DNA of 64,000 nt from Lama glama (GCA_028534125.1 CM052817.1:39558001-39622000), one strand, 5' to 3'; shown: positions 39,104 to 51,710, numbered from the stretch's first letter. The notes: generated by a model not told the origin, from the letters alone. A program made the numbers and translations.

Positions 39104-40340
39104 ATATTGTCATATTTAATATTTTCATCAGTAATTTGCATGAGGTTGTGTACATTACACACAGCAAGTTTTCAAAGGCTCAGAGCTGGAAGGTATAGAG
39201 ACTATGTTGGATACTGAATGATAGAGTTAAGATTCCAAATCACTACTTGGCTAAAATAATGGGCAGAATATAATAAGACGAAACCCAATAGTGAAAAACT
39301 ATACAAATTTCAGCACATACAAAGAAGAGTCAGAAGTTTAATTGATGACAAGCTCAATATAAGTTTTAAAATGTTAACAAAGCTAAGGCTGTGCTAAGCA
39401 AAACATTGTGTGCATAAAAAGAAGTTTATAGTTCTGTTGACTATTTACGGCTGAAACCAGACCAGAAGTGATGTGTTTAACATAGACACCATTAAGAGGA
39501 GTCATCATTAACCCAGCATCTACCTAGAGGGGAGCAACCAGGGTGATTGAAATCTCAAAACCAGTAAGCATGGAGAAAGGTTGCAAGAATGAAGAACAAC
39601 ACGTTTAAGGGGAAAAAAATGGATGTTGAGAGTACATAATAGCTGTGTTTAAATAAATAAAGGCAGGAATTGATCCACCTGCCATTAGACATTTCTAATA
39701 GCAGTGAGTAGAGTTAATAAGGAGTCTTTGGGCTCAACACAGGGAGAAGTTTGTAACAACTAACCTATCCAAAAATTTAGTAAGCTGCCTCTTCACTAAA
39801 AGTGTTTAAGCAGAGGCTGAATTACCACTTTCCAAGAATGTTACAAAATGTTAGACTGCATTTTCTCAGGAAGATTTCAAATTAGAACATTTTCCTAAGG
39901 TTCCTTTCAGCAATATAATTTTTCATCCTATCAGTGTTAGTGAGGATTCCTTCACTTGTAATCTGAATACCATACTTTCCAACCTCATTCATTCATTCAC
40001 AGGCCCTTATTGAACCACTTAAATGTACTAGGTACCATGATCGGCACTAGACATCATAAAAGAATTAGACGTGGCTCTTGATTTTTTATTTTATAATAGA
40101 ATCATATTAAAAGAGTGAGGCAAGCTCAAGAGAAGGAGGGTTTTTTAGTCAATCATTTTGTTGAAAACTTGATTAATGTAAAAAGGTTAGAAAGGCTTTA
40201 TAAAGAAGAAGGCATTTGCACTGGACCTTGAATTAATCAATGTTACATGCTTTCTAAAACTTGACGTAAAGTTGTTTTTAACACCAATTAGGACTCAATC
40301 CACCATAAGCATTGGTGGCACTTCAATTTCTAGTATTTTT

Positions 40341-40441
40341 ATAATGAAAAAGAATATAAAAACAAGTACATGTGTGTACATGTATGACTGAAATATGCTG
40401 TATCTCAGACATTAACACATTATAACTGACTATACTTCAGT

Positions 40442-40491
<50 letters not shown>
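40341..40491 (+). mobile_element. Very short young L1 3' end with poly-A followed by (TA)n
   Basis: 'ataatgaaaaagaatata...tatgactgaaa...taactgactatacttcagt' matches the 3' ends of the other L1 copies. It is followed by an A run and a (ta)n run (~40456-40491). Confidence 0.85.
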
Positions 40492-40493
<2 letters not shown>

Positions 40494-41949
40494 CTGGGGC
40501 ATAAAAGAGAAAGGGGAAAAAAGAGGCAGTGAGTTTACCGGAACTCTTCTCAAGGGGAATATTTTATGTGGTCGAAAAGAATGCTAGTGATGAAACCATC
40601 CAAAGGGCATGCTTGTTCTCAGAACGCCAGAGTGGCGACACTTCCTTCCAACGCCCTGAAACCCAGGGAACAGCAAGGCTATGACAGCTGGAGAAGCCAC
40701 CAGTAGTCCCCTCCGTCCTCACTCATGTGCTCAGTGCTCACCCTCTCCTCTAAATAAACGTTTAAAATGATTTTACAACTATCAGTTCATAGGAGCATAA
40801 AAGTTTTAGCCATCCCTGGGCATCTGTATGTCATCATTCTTCCTTAGTCAACTCCAAACAGAGCATGAAGTGAGGTTATTTCTTAGCTACCCCCGACTAT
40901 CCCCATCTACAGCTTAGGCAATGTCCCTACACATGCAGTTTACGGTAGAGGAACCCCAGCTGTTCCTGGAAAGAACATACTGGAGAGGGCGCAGAAGTCG
41001 GTGGCAGAGAACCTAGTTGAAGACCTGGATTTAAATCTTACTTATTAACTCTACCTTTGGACATCCTAATTTTCTCATCTGCCTAATAGGGTGTTTGTTA
41101 GACCCAGAGTGTATGTAAAAGTCCTTTGCAAACCCCAAAGCAATATATGTGTTAGTCTGTTCATAGGTGAAATAAATGGGCCCGGGCGCTAAAAATTTCG
41201 TATTGAAGTAACCACTTCTGCTCTATAGAAACAACTCTGGTTTATGATCTGGTTTATGTATGTCCAATGAAGTATATTTTATGTGATAATCACCTTAGGT
41301 TGTTATAACCATTGTCTCTTTCAATTGTAATACCTCTAACTAAGAAATAATGGAGGTGTATTGACCAGCAGATAACCCTTCTTCATAATGAGTAACATCA
41401 GAGAGTATATCTTTCTAACATTTTTGCTTTATTCAACAGTTTTTGGTATGGGTGACCTATTCTTTTAATGTTAGGCAGAATTAATTGAAGATACCATTTT
41501 TTAATGCTGCAACACGTTTTGCTAAAAAAAATAATGTGTCACCTGCCAGTTCATTTTTCATGAATATAATTATTCCTTCTTTTTGCAGTTGTCATTGTTC
41601 CGTATTATTTCTTTATGAGCCACTATTTTTGAAATATAAATTTTCACCTGCTGTGTAAATGTGAACAGCTGTTGAGCTTGTAGTCCAGGAAAGGCCAATA
41701 TCCTCCAGCCAAATTCCAAATGTCGTGACTAGAAAAGCTATTACTTTTGATCTCATCACAGTGAAAAAGCAGAGTGATAACCTAAGGAAGAAATTTTTAC
41801 ATCTTGCAGATAAAACCTTTCTAGGTAAGCCAGGGTCTCGTGGCTGATTGGAATTGTGTAATTATAAACAATTTCAGTTCTATGACCCTTAAAATGGTCT
41901 GTCAACCCATGCTTTTATGTGCTTTTCTATTTCCTTCTACAGATTTTTC

Positions 41950-43105
41950 AGCAGAAGCATTAAAATTATGGACATTGAGGTCAGCCAGAAGTGAATTCAA
42001 ATCCTACCTCCACCAAGTCACTTGCTGTGTGATTTTGAACATATTAATTAGACTCTAGGTATCATTTTCTCACCTGTAAAATGGGAATAATAACTAGCCC
42101 ATAGAAACCATTTCCATTAAAAGCTTGCCATTTTTAGGTTTTTGAGGAACCTCCATACTATTTTCCATTATGGCTTCACCAAACTATGTTCCCATCAGAC
42201 TTACCATATGAGCCCGTAATCCCACTCCTGGTCATATACCAAGAGAAAAATAAAATTCAAAAAGACACATGCACCCCAATTTTCATAGCAGCACTATTTA
42301 CAGTAGCCAAGACCTGGAAACAACCCAAATATCTATCAACAGATGATTGGATAAAGAAGATGTGGTATGTGTGTGTGTGTGTATATATATATAATGGAAT
42401 ATTACTCATCCATAAAAAAGAATAAAATAATGTCATTTGCAGCAACATGGATGGATCTAGAGATGGTCATTCTAAGTGAAGTGAGCTTGAAAAAGAAAGA
42501 AAAATGTCATATGATATCACTTATATGTGGAATCCAAAAAAAAGGACTACTTATTATTTATAACTTAGATGACTGATTTCTTGAATATGTGTGTGTATCA
42601 ACAGAATGTGGTAATCCAATCATAAAGGACAGTCAAATGTGAAAGAGAAAGAAAAATACCATATGATATTACTTATATGTGGAATCAAAAAAAAGACAAA
42701 TGAACTTACTTAGAAAACAGAAATAGATTCACAGACAGAAAACAAACTTATAGTTACCAGTGGGAGAAGAGGGTGGGAAGGGATAAATTGGGAGTTTGAG
42801 ATTTGCAGATACTAACTACTATATCTGAAATTGATAAACAACAAGTCTACACTGTATAGCACAGGGAACTATATTTAATATTTTGCAGTAACCTATAATG
42901 AAAATGAATATATGTATGTATATATATGACTGAACTATTAGACTGTATACCAGAAATTGGCACAACACTGTAAACTGACTACACTTCAATTTAAAAAAAA
43001 AGAAAAGAAAAAAGAAAAAACACCAAAAAATAATAATAATAAAGCTTACCATGAGGCCTGGCGCATAGTGAGGTCTCGGTAAATGTCAGCTGGTGGTGCT
43101 ATTAT
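41950..43105 (+). mobile_element. MIR split by the L1 insertion (parts ~41950-42120 and ~43041-43105)
   Basis: 'ttttctcacctgtaaaatgggaataata' on the left and 'gcctggcgcatagtgaggtctcggtaaatgtcagct' on the right. Confidence 0.8.
42130..43040 (+). mobile_element. Young L1 with 5' inversion (twin priming) and 12-bp TSD
   Basis: 42130-42197 is antisense L1 and 42197-43040 is sense L1 ending in an A-rich tail. TSD aaagcttgccat (42120-42131) / aaagcttaccat (43041-43052). Confidence 0.92.
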
Positions 43106-44199
43106 GTTTAGCTCTTCCTGATGTCCAGTTTTCTTTCTATGAGTGCCATGTTTCCACAGTGCTCTGAAGGACCATGTTGTTTAAAGCCTACGACAAGCAT
43201 TTCCATTGGTACACATGTCCCAGTCCATCTCTGGGCACCTCTTCTGGAAATCTACTGCCAGGCCCTCATTATCTGGAGCAGAGGACATGGTATTTGGGAG
43301 GTTTAAAAAAAGAACAAAACTCAAAAGAAATTGAGAGAAGTTCTACTGGACCTTTAGCCTAAGTGCAGAGGTCAAGAGAAGTCAGATTCTTTAAACCTAC
43401 CTAGACTTCATGTTTCTCCTTGTCTCTCAGGAGCATGATTTTACTACTCTTTACAGTCTTCACCCCTTTGTCCATATTGTAAAATGTGCTTGGATCTCTC
43501 TGGATATTCTTCCAGAATGTCGAGAACAAACCAGGAGATGATACAAGATGAAATCACTCTCCAAAATGGCGGCTACACTTGAATCTGCAGGCCCCCTTTG
43601 CTTGTTTTCCTAATTACGGGGTGTGAGTTGTTATGACAATGGAGGCAGAGGCTGAAAGGGTAGTCTACATGAACCTAATCAAAATTTCCTCTTTAGAGCT
43701 GAATTTGAGAAGTGGATGACCTGCTTGCATGGTGCCAGTGGCACCAAGAGATCAGCAGAAAATCTTCATATCACATCAGCCAGTCTTGTCTCAGTCTTCT
43801 CTAGATCACCTTCTCACCTTAAGGAGGCCATGTCAACAAAAGGGGACCCAGACATGTGACACTTTCAACTGCAAACTGGACACAGGAGGAAAGGAGGAAA
43901 GTGGAACATGAATCTTTGTTACTCAACCCGTGGAGAGTCACAGATCTGCAGCTGGTAAGAAGACACATCAAGTGAGGCTCCACCGTTGACTAGACTCCTG
44001 CACGTCACTTTTTCCTTTCTGCTCTGACACCAGTCAGCACTCTGCTTCCTTCCTGGCTCTGCTCTTCCTTCGCTGACAACTTTCATTTCTCCCTTTGTGA
44101 TTCTGCCCCTCCTCAGTAGAGTACGGTCTGTGTCCTCTAAAGCCCAACATCTTCTTCCACTGCCTTTCCAAGATCTGGTCTGCTCTCGCTGCCTCACTC

Positions 44200-44680
44200 C
44201 TCACCCATTCACAAAGGAACCCCCAATCTACAGGGCCTCTCCAGGACTTGTTCCCATGCCCACATCTGCCTCGTGAACAATTCCATTTAGATAAAACTCC
44301 TAAGGAGGTAACTTTTGGTAATAAAATGAAACATTTAAAACTAAAGCCATGATCATCTCTTCAAACCTGACTCTTCCCACATCTCTATTCCTGTTCTTCT
44401 AAAAATCCTTTCCAAATCTGGGTGTCTCTAGCTTCTTGTCCTTTCTTCCTCAATCTCTCAATATCCTGAGTTGCCAGTCATTATTTTCTAATAGTATTTC
44501 CCTCTCCTTTATTTTTCTTACCATAACTCTTGTCGAGACCCTTTCCCCTTCCCAGGTATGTCGGACAGTTAGTTGTCTTGAACATACTCTCTACGGCTTT
44601 ATCTTCTTCCCCTTCAATTCCCTGCAAGCTGTCAGATCTTTTCAGCTATCAATGTGTGATTTTACTGCTCAAAAATTCCT
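44200..44680 (+). mobile_element. L2 fragment
   Basis: Pyrimidine-rich L2-like segment ('aaacatttaaaactaaag...tcttcaaacctgactcttcc', 'ccaaatctgggtgtctc'). Confidence 0.5.
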
Positions 44681-46264
44681 TGTAAATAAGCACTTTAAAT
44701 ATTCCATATGTTTGACTCCGTTCTGTTAAGACTAAGTAGACCCTAGATGACCTTGAACTGTGGCTTTCATTTATTTCACTTCTTAGCAGCAGAATTTTAG
44801 TTTGCTTTTTCATAGATGACTCCTGCCCAAAAGACACTTTATAAAATAGATCAAAGTTCTAAGTAGATCAATGAGATAATTTACAGAAACTTTAAATTAG
44901 TCAAATGATAGCTGTGGTCTTATCAAATTAGCATGCAACAGACATGTATAAGTTTGCAAATGCAGCATGTATATTCATTTGTTGTACTTTATTGAGAAAA
45001 AAATCCTGACTCACACTGATAAGAGGCTGAAAAAGGCATAAATTTTATACTAGCTCTTTTACCAATCTCATATTGCTTTCTGAATACAGACAAAATGGTG
45101 GTAGAAGTTTTATTCCAGGCTTGACTGAAATGAATAAACTGTTGCCACAAGAGAACATAAAAGTGATATTGAGTGTATTATAATGTGGCAAATAGAAAGT
45201 GTGAGTGTATACATTATAGGGTTCTTTAATGATTAAAATACATTTTTTTAAAAATCCATTCCTAATGCCTGAAGTGCCTATGTATAACCTAAGAGCTTTA
45301 CTAACCATAACTTGAAAACCATTCATTTAGAGAGCACTCTTTTCTAATCTCTGGCTTCTTTTGTTTTTTTTTTTTTACCTCCAGTTAAGCAGCACCTTTC
45401 CTAACCAACTCCAATTTACCTTGTTGCATCAGGAACCAGCTCAATTCCCACTGCCTCCAAAAGGCCTTCCTAACAGTTCCAGCCCAAAGCAATCTCTACC
45501 TCATCTAAATTCCTCCAATGCTTATTGTTGGTCACAATCACTGGGCACAAAGTTCTATGTACCTATCATAGGGCTACACAAATGTTAGGCAGCCAAGAGG
45601 TCTGGGAGGAAGGAAGGGATGAAGTGAGAGTCAATGGCCAATTGTTGAGGAGAAGGTAGAGGATGAGGCGGTAAGCATGTGGAGATGAGGTGTGTTTCAG
45701 TGTAAGACTATAACTGCGATTCAAAGAAGCAGGGTGAGCATGTAGCTGAATTGGCACATTAGGTTCCCCCATTTTGGCCTCCATTTGGAAGCTAAGAAGT
45801 CCATAAGTGTGTCATTTGTTATTAAAGTTTTGATGTATTTTTTTAAGTCACTGATTTCTTAAAAGAGAGAAAGTGATTATTTCACAATAATCTATGAATT
45901 GCCTCACTTCACAGAAGAATACTTAAACATTTATTGAGAATCCTACTGATTAAACTTACAGAGTTTTTGTATGATAATTTTACATTTAACTCAAATGTAG
46001 ATGTTAACAATCTCTGACTATAACACAGAAAATTTTGTATTGAGCTAAACTACAGGCACAGAGCAGTGAAGGTACTCCCTTCGGAAATGCATTCTGAGTG
46101 TTTTTCGTATAGTATCACAAACAAGTTGCCACAGCAGTCCTATAAGACAGGTACCCCTAGGCCCATTTTACACGTGGAATTGAGGTTTAAAGACACCTAG
46201 TCACTTGTCCTAGATAACGTAACCAATTAAGTGGCAAAGTCATCATTTAAAGCCATGTGAGCCC

Positions 46265-46428
46265 TGGAACTCCTGCACTGGAACCAGCTGGGGTCCTTGT
46301 TAAAATGCAAATTCCTGAGCTCCACTGTGGACGCAGGAAAGAAGAATCTCTGGAGATGAAGCCTAGGAGTCTGTGTTTCTTACCAGCACCCCAGGGCATC
46401 TGGAGATCCTTTCAATTTTGAGAACCCC
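46265..46428. mobile_element. MER5A/B MITE
   Basis: 'cttgttaaaatgcaaattcctgagctccac...agaatctctggagatgaagcctaggagtctgtgtt...tttgagaacc'. Confidence 0.8.
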
Positions 46429-47959
46429 TAATTTAACTGATGATGAGTTATAAGACACTGCTATGTTAGAAGAATGGTGGAAGTGGATATAACCATTACT
46501 GGACTTGAGGAAGTCAAGCAATGTTGAGGCAAGACGTCTACGTGTCTTCAGCATGGACACTGAATAGCCACCTGAGTTTTATGATTAGAACAGCACACAT
46601 GACCAGCCAACTCTGGTAGAATCTTGCTGTTCCCCCAAATGTAAAATAAAAGAATTGCCTTAGATGATCTCTAAAGCTTCTTCCCACTCACATTCCGTGA
46701 TTTCACGGTTCTTGCTTTCTTACCTCGATTTCCAACTCCAAGTTTTCTAATTGTGCAGAGGAAAGGTGGACTCCACGTCAATAAACTTTTCACATGATGC
46801 TCAACCTGCTCAGCAGACTCCCCTACATGGTTCCTCAGGAACAGAAGGCCCTCTCTTGCCTCCTTCAGTATTTTCCAAATAGAGAAGAAAAGTAAAATGA
46901 GAGAACGAAGACTAAAGAGGAAAAAACTGCCTAGCAAACAGAGATTTTGCCATCTGCTGTATTTCCTATTTGTGTATTTATATTTCTGCCTCAGAGCTCA
47001 GAAGTCTTTGGGGAATGTGTATATTTTGGACAAACTTTATAATAAAGACTGTAAATAAACCCTAAACACTGCTAGACCTGGAAGTAGATCATTAAACTTT
47101 TATGGAATTGACATAAGCTCAGGATCTGACAAGTCTCATTTTAAATGCTAAATACAGCAGCTTCCAAGCAAAGCACAAAGCTGATCGTGTGCGTTTAATC
47201 TCTATTAAGGCCTCATAAACAGTAATGTTTTAATAATATTTAAATTCATTGGTACTTCTTTTTTGCAAACAGTTTATTACCAGAATCTGGGCTATAAGGT
47301 TTCAAATTTTGATACAAGGAATATGCAAATAGACCAGGAGACTTCTCTGGATACAGCTGCTGTAATAACTGAACTGAATTCCCAAGAACCACCTAGTGTT
47401 TTACCCACGCAAACAGCGACCCAACTCCGCGGCCAGACTGATACCCATGACCCCCTGACCTTCCCTTCCCTGGGCAAGGAGTGTTCACCTCTTCCAGTAA
47501 GTGTGCTGTTCTTTCTTTGTGCCCTGCCCTCAGTGACATCTCATCCTGTGAAAAATGGCTTACAGGTTTTCCATCTTTTGAAATCATTATCACTGACCAG
47601 CATCCCCCGTGGAGAGAAGATGGATTGGATTACGAATCCCAAGCCCTCTGCAAAACCTATTACAAAGGAAGCACGTCTCACACTCCTCTTTCTTCTCTCG
47701 GCCGACGGCTAAGTCCTCTGGCCAATGAGACAAAAGCTTTGTGATTTGGGTAGCAGACCACAGTCAACTCTGCGGGCAAGACCAAGCCAGACTTCCAAGT
47801 TCTGTCCCAAGCACTCTGCTTGGGTATGTTCCAGAGATGCTTCTTGCTCTGCCAGGCCCCTTTAGTTTAGGGTTGTGTCCACTGAGATCAAGATCTGTTG
47901 GGTTGATCTGGGTGGTCTTGTCCGTGTGCACAAAGGTCCAGAGTCAGAAGCGAAGCAGT

Positions 47960-48560
47960 TAAAGCAGCCGAGGCATGTTTACTAAGCCATTTGAAGTTGA
48001 TAGCCCGCACGGCCTGGCTTTTTTCTCTATCTTCGTAAACCGCAGTGAATTGATGGAATGACCCGGACTTGATCTTCAGGGCAATATGTCTGATGGCACC
48101 GCTGGATTGATAAATTGATTCAAAACTATTACCATGGTGAAAAAGCAATAAGGTCATAAAAATTGCATCAGCTGGCTAAGTAAATCCTAGCATTTCATGA
48201 CAAGTAATGCAGAAGAATCGCAAGAGGATCTGGGCATGAGGCTGAATGAGTGAGGGAGAAATGACTTTGAAGAGCTCATCATCTCCGATCTATTCTTCCT
48301 GCCAGCGATTCATGCCTTCGCATAGTGCCACTTCATTATGGGGAAATAACTGTACACTTCTAGCATATTCCTGGCCTCCCTGGCGGCCCCTGGAGGACCC
48401 TTAGCTGGTTAATACCTCATCACGGGCTTCATTGAACACTTTAATCTGCACTTGTGTGATCAATAGAATCCTGGTGTAAATTAAAAGGACAATTTCATGT
48501 AATCAAGCCTGTTAATGCTCATTTTGAAAACCATTATTTGTGGAAGGCATTTAGAAGAAA
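47960..48560. promoter_or_regulatory. Candidate conserved enhancer
   Basis: Repeat-free, CpG-retaining block with TGTTTAC (47976-47982), TCGTAAA (48033-48039), TGATAAAT (48108-48115) and GTCATAAA (48153-48160). Function is inferred only. Confidence 0.45.
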
Positions 48561-49239
48561 ATTACAAAGTGACAGGCTGATGCACTCTGAGATGATTTGA
48601 AAGCAGGCCTTTTTTGTGTGACTGTATACCTGCTTCGGGAGCAGGATGGGAGTGAGCACTGGCGAATGCATGGGGGAAGGGAGCGGAGCCAGAGCTGGCG
48701 GGCTAGCGAGGAGCAGCCCAGCAGGAATATGTGTGTATGCCCTGCCTGCTTGCTTGCCTTCATGCAGGGAAGAAGAAAATGAAATTTTCCAGTGTTCTAT
48801 TTCTGTGGCAAATTCAATTACTGTGGGGACTTGTTCAAAGCGGTGTAACTTCCAAGAGGCAGAAATTGAAAACCTGGCAGCTAATGAAATGGCAAATGAC
48901 TAGGAAGTTCAGACAGGGGCCGTCAGTCAGATCAAACACCTGGAGAAAAATAGCAGCTACCCTCAGTGCTTTCCTGAAACCACTCTCTCAACTGTCCCCT
49001 CTTTCATAGAGAAGAGACCTCCTTCTCCCAACATTTTACTCAAGCTGGAATAATACGTTAACAGCCGCAAGTTTCCATGGGCCTCTCTGCCAGGAACAGA
49101 GTGATGGTGCATGAAGCGTGGAATGCAAAGTATAACCGACATTATTTTTTTCCAGATTCCAGGATGTGTGTTGCATATGACTATGCACTATTTACTTAGA
49201 CAATTTGCCCACAAACATAGATCTTACAAGTCTTTCGTA

Positions 49240-49416
49240 GCTGCATCCATAGGCATAGTATATGGCAGTGTGTGGCTTTAAAAGATTTTTGAGAATGTTA
49301 AGACCAAGCCCCCCTTCCCAGAGATTCTGTCCAACTAGTCTAAAGTGGAACTCAGACTTTATATTTTAAAACACTCCCCAGGTGATTCTGATGCTCGAAG
49401 TCGATGAGAAGTGCTG
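49240..49416. mobile_element. MER5A MITE
   Basis: 'cccagagattctg...tattttaaaacactccccaggtgattctgatgc...tgagaagtgctg'. Confidence 0.75.
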
Positions 49417-50444
49417 GTATAAATAACATCTCCCAGGCATGCGTGCACTAAGTTTTGTTACGGTTACCAGTAATCATGCATTCAAAGGTTTCTTAACACT
49501 ACTGAATCCTGTATGCCAGTAATGTGACCCAGATAGCATTACATCCCCACAGTACCAGGGACATGAAATTACGAGACCCAAGAGGAAGTAGCTTGTAGGC
49601 ATTACAAACTGAAATCTAATTGAAAGCACTTACCCAGAGCTGGCCATTGCTGGGGGACCACTCATCCAGGCTCAGGAATATGAAAATTCAACATTCTGTT
49701 CTATTTTCTCCTGATGCTCATCACAACACTCCAAAAAGGAAAATCATTTTCATTTGTCATGTGACAAACATTTCCAGTCAATTCTTATTAAGCTGATACT
49801 GGTTTATTCAAAATAAGATGCACTTTGGATGGCCAGGCTCCAAGCAACTGAATTTCCTATGTCTCTTTCATAAAATTGTCAGATAATCTGAGCACAGTTT
49901 ATTCAAAATCTGATTGCTTTTATTTGATTTTTATCAATTCTTGCACATCAAATAAGCATTTTAATGTATTTAGCCACAAATAATGTTTTCCCTTCTCTCT
50001 CTTAAAATGACAATACCACTTTCTCCTCTCCTTCTTGTTCTGACACATTGGGGCTGACTTTTTCTGATTCCTTTGTAGGATCCTGCTCTGCCCTCACACT
50101 CCACCTATCACCTTTACATAATGCTTAATTCCATCTCGTAGACTTGGATCATATTTAATATTTTCTTACAAGAGCTAATCACGTATATGTGAATTTGGTT
50201 ACTCTGTCACTTTTGTTCAACCATTATTTGGGGTCTTTATATTTTTTCCATAAGCATCCAATATTTTTAATGACTTCCAAGAACATGAATCATTGAGAGT
50301 GAGGTGTTTTTCTGTAGACTTTTTAGAAGTTATATTCTGAAACTCCGATTTTATAAAATGTTCAGTAAAGACTCCAGTATTTAGGGAAAGAGTATCTTCA
50401 TATGCACTGGCCATCCTAGAAACACTGATGGACGAATTTTTTTA

Positions 50445-50570
50445 ATGACAAACTAGATTTTATTCAAATTAAAAACTTCTGCTCATTAGAGACACCATTA
50501 ATAAACAAGCAATAGACCAGGAGAAAATCTTTGCAAAATACAGAACTTGTTTCCAGAATATATAAAGAAG
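50445..50570 (+). mobile_element. Old L1 ORF2 fragment
   Basis: 'caaattaaaaacttctgctcattagagacaccatta...ggagaaaatctttgcaaa...tccagaatatataaagaa'. Confidence 0.75.
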
Positions 50571-51349
50571 AAACATTGATAGACCATTTGTATGGCAGAG
50601 TTACTAGTCTGTTCTTGTCTTGTATTTCTTTCATTTCTAATGCCTTGAGTTGATAAGACTGTTAAAGTAACTAATCAGGATATTTGTAATCATGTTCTGA
50701 GATCTACCTCACTTTCAAAATATCAAAGTCTGCAAAAGGTTTCAAACTGGATAATAAAAAGAAAAGGCTAAATTCCACCAATAATACAGGTAAGTCAATT
50801 GTTACATAAACTTGTTTCACTCAGCTGAAGTGTAAGATATTTGGACCTCAGGGGGAAAGAAAGTTTGGTCCTCTAGAAATCATTAGTTATGAATAAAGTT
50901 AAAAAAAAAGACTCCTAGAACATGACACATCAGCTAACTAATAACCCCTTTAAAAATTAAATTAAATAAGCATTGATTGGGAGAGAGGAATTGAGGTGAT
51001 CAAGGATCCAGAACCACAGTTTCTCCAGGGGGCACTAACAGAGCTGGAAGGACGAGGCACATGCATATCTCATGAGCTTTCTCTTTTAAAACTAGCCAGA
51101 AGGAAAAGACAGTGCTGGGAATTGTGTGTGATGAAAACAATTGAAAGGATTTTAAGTAGTGTGAAACAAAAAGAAATCATAGGAGTTCTAGAACTCCTCC
51201 AGATCTAAAGAGGGTGGAGAAATGTCGATAATGTTGTTTCAAAGAAAATTAGTGGTGCCAGGGAAAAATATTAAATGTTTCAATTCCAAAAGCCTATAAT
51301 AGAGTGGTATTTTTAACACTGTTCTAAGTTCCAAGGTCCTACTGTCACC

Positions 51350-51710
51350 AGACCTTCCCACATGCTGTTTCTTCTTCCTGGAACAATCTTTGCCACCATG
51401 TCTACCTCCTGCCATCTCTAGCCTTTACTTGAAAATCACCCCTCCTCTTTGAGGGCCATTCTTAGACGTAAATTCCTCCAGGAAACTGTCTTTAACAACA
51501 CCTCTCAAGCCTCCTGCGAGCTAACATGGCGCCTCGTGCTCACTTAGCCTAACACCCATTCCACTGTCTCCCAGTCCTGGTATATTTATCTCCCTGCAGA
51601 TTATAAACACAGGTGAGAGCATGAACTGGGTCCAATTTATACCCCGTGTAGCCCAGCACAGTTCCCAACATAAAGCAGGGGGATCAACAAATTTTCATTG
51701 AATGAATGGA
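51350..51710 (+). mobile_element. L2 3' end
   Basis: 'catgctgtttcttcttcctggaac...tcctccaggaaactgtc...gcccagcacagt...ttgaatgaatg'. Confidence 0.7.

Larger units (their letters stand above)
37745..39925 (+). mobile_element. L3/CR1 LINE fossil (ORF2 linker + RT + 3' end) with nested insertions
   Basis: Conceptual translation gives CR1 ORF2 motifs in the correct order: TDDKEKAELLNIYFAFIF (37909-37962), YKSISLMSTPAKFL...VCEHMKSEWVIVKSQCGIKNSKTFQTN (~38347-38500), and VIFNIFISNLHEVVYITHSKF (from 39109). L3-type 3' region 'gtgtttaagcagaggctg...ctaaggttcctttcagc'. Confidence 0.85.

Noticed and set aside
41589..41824. Strong acceptor (ttccttctttttgcag) and donor (tag|gtaagc) pair on the + strand
   Set aside because: There is no long open frame and no other support. 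It cannot be distinguished from a pseudo-exon without RNA data.
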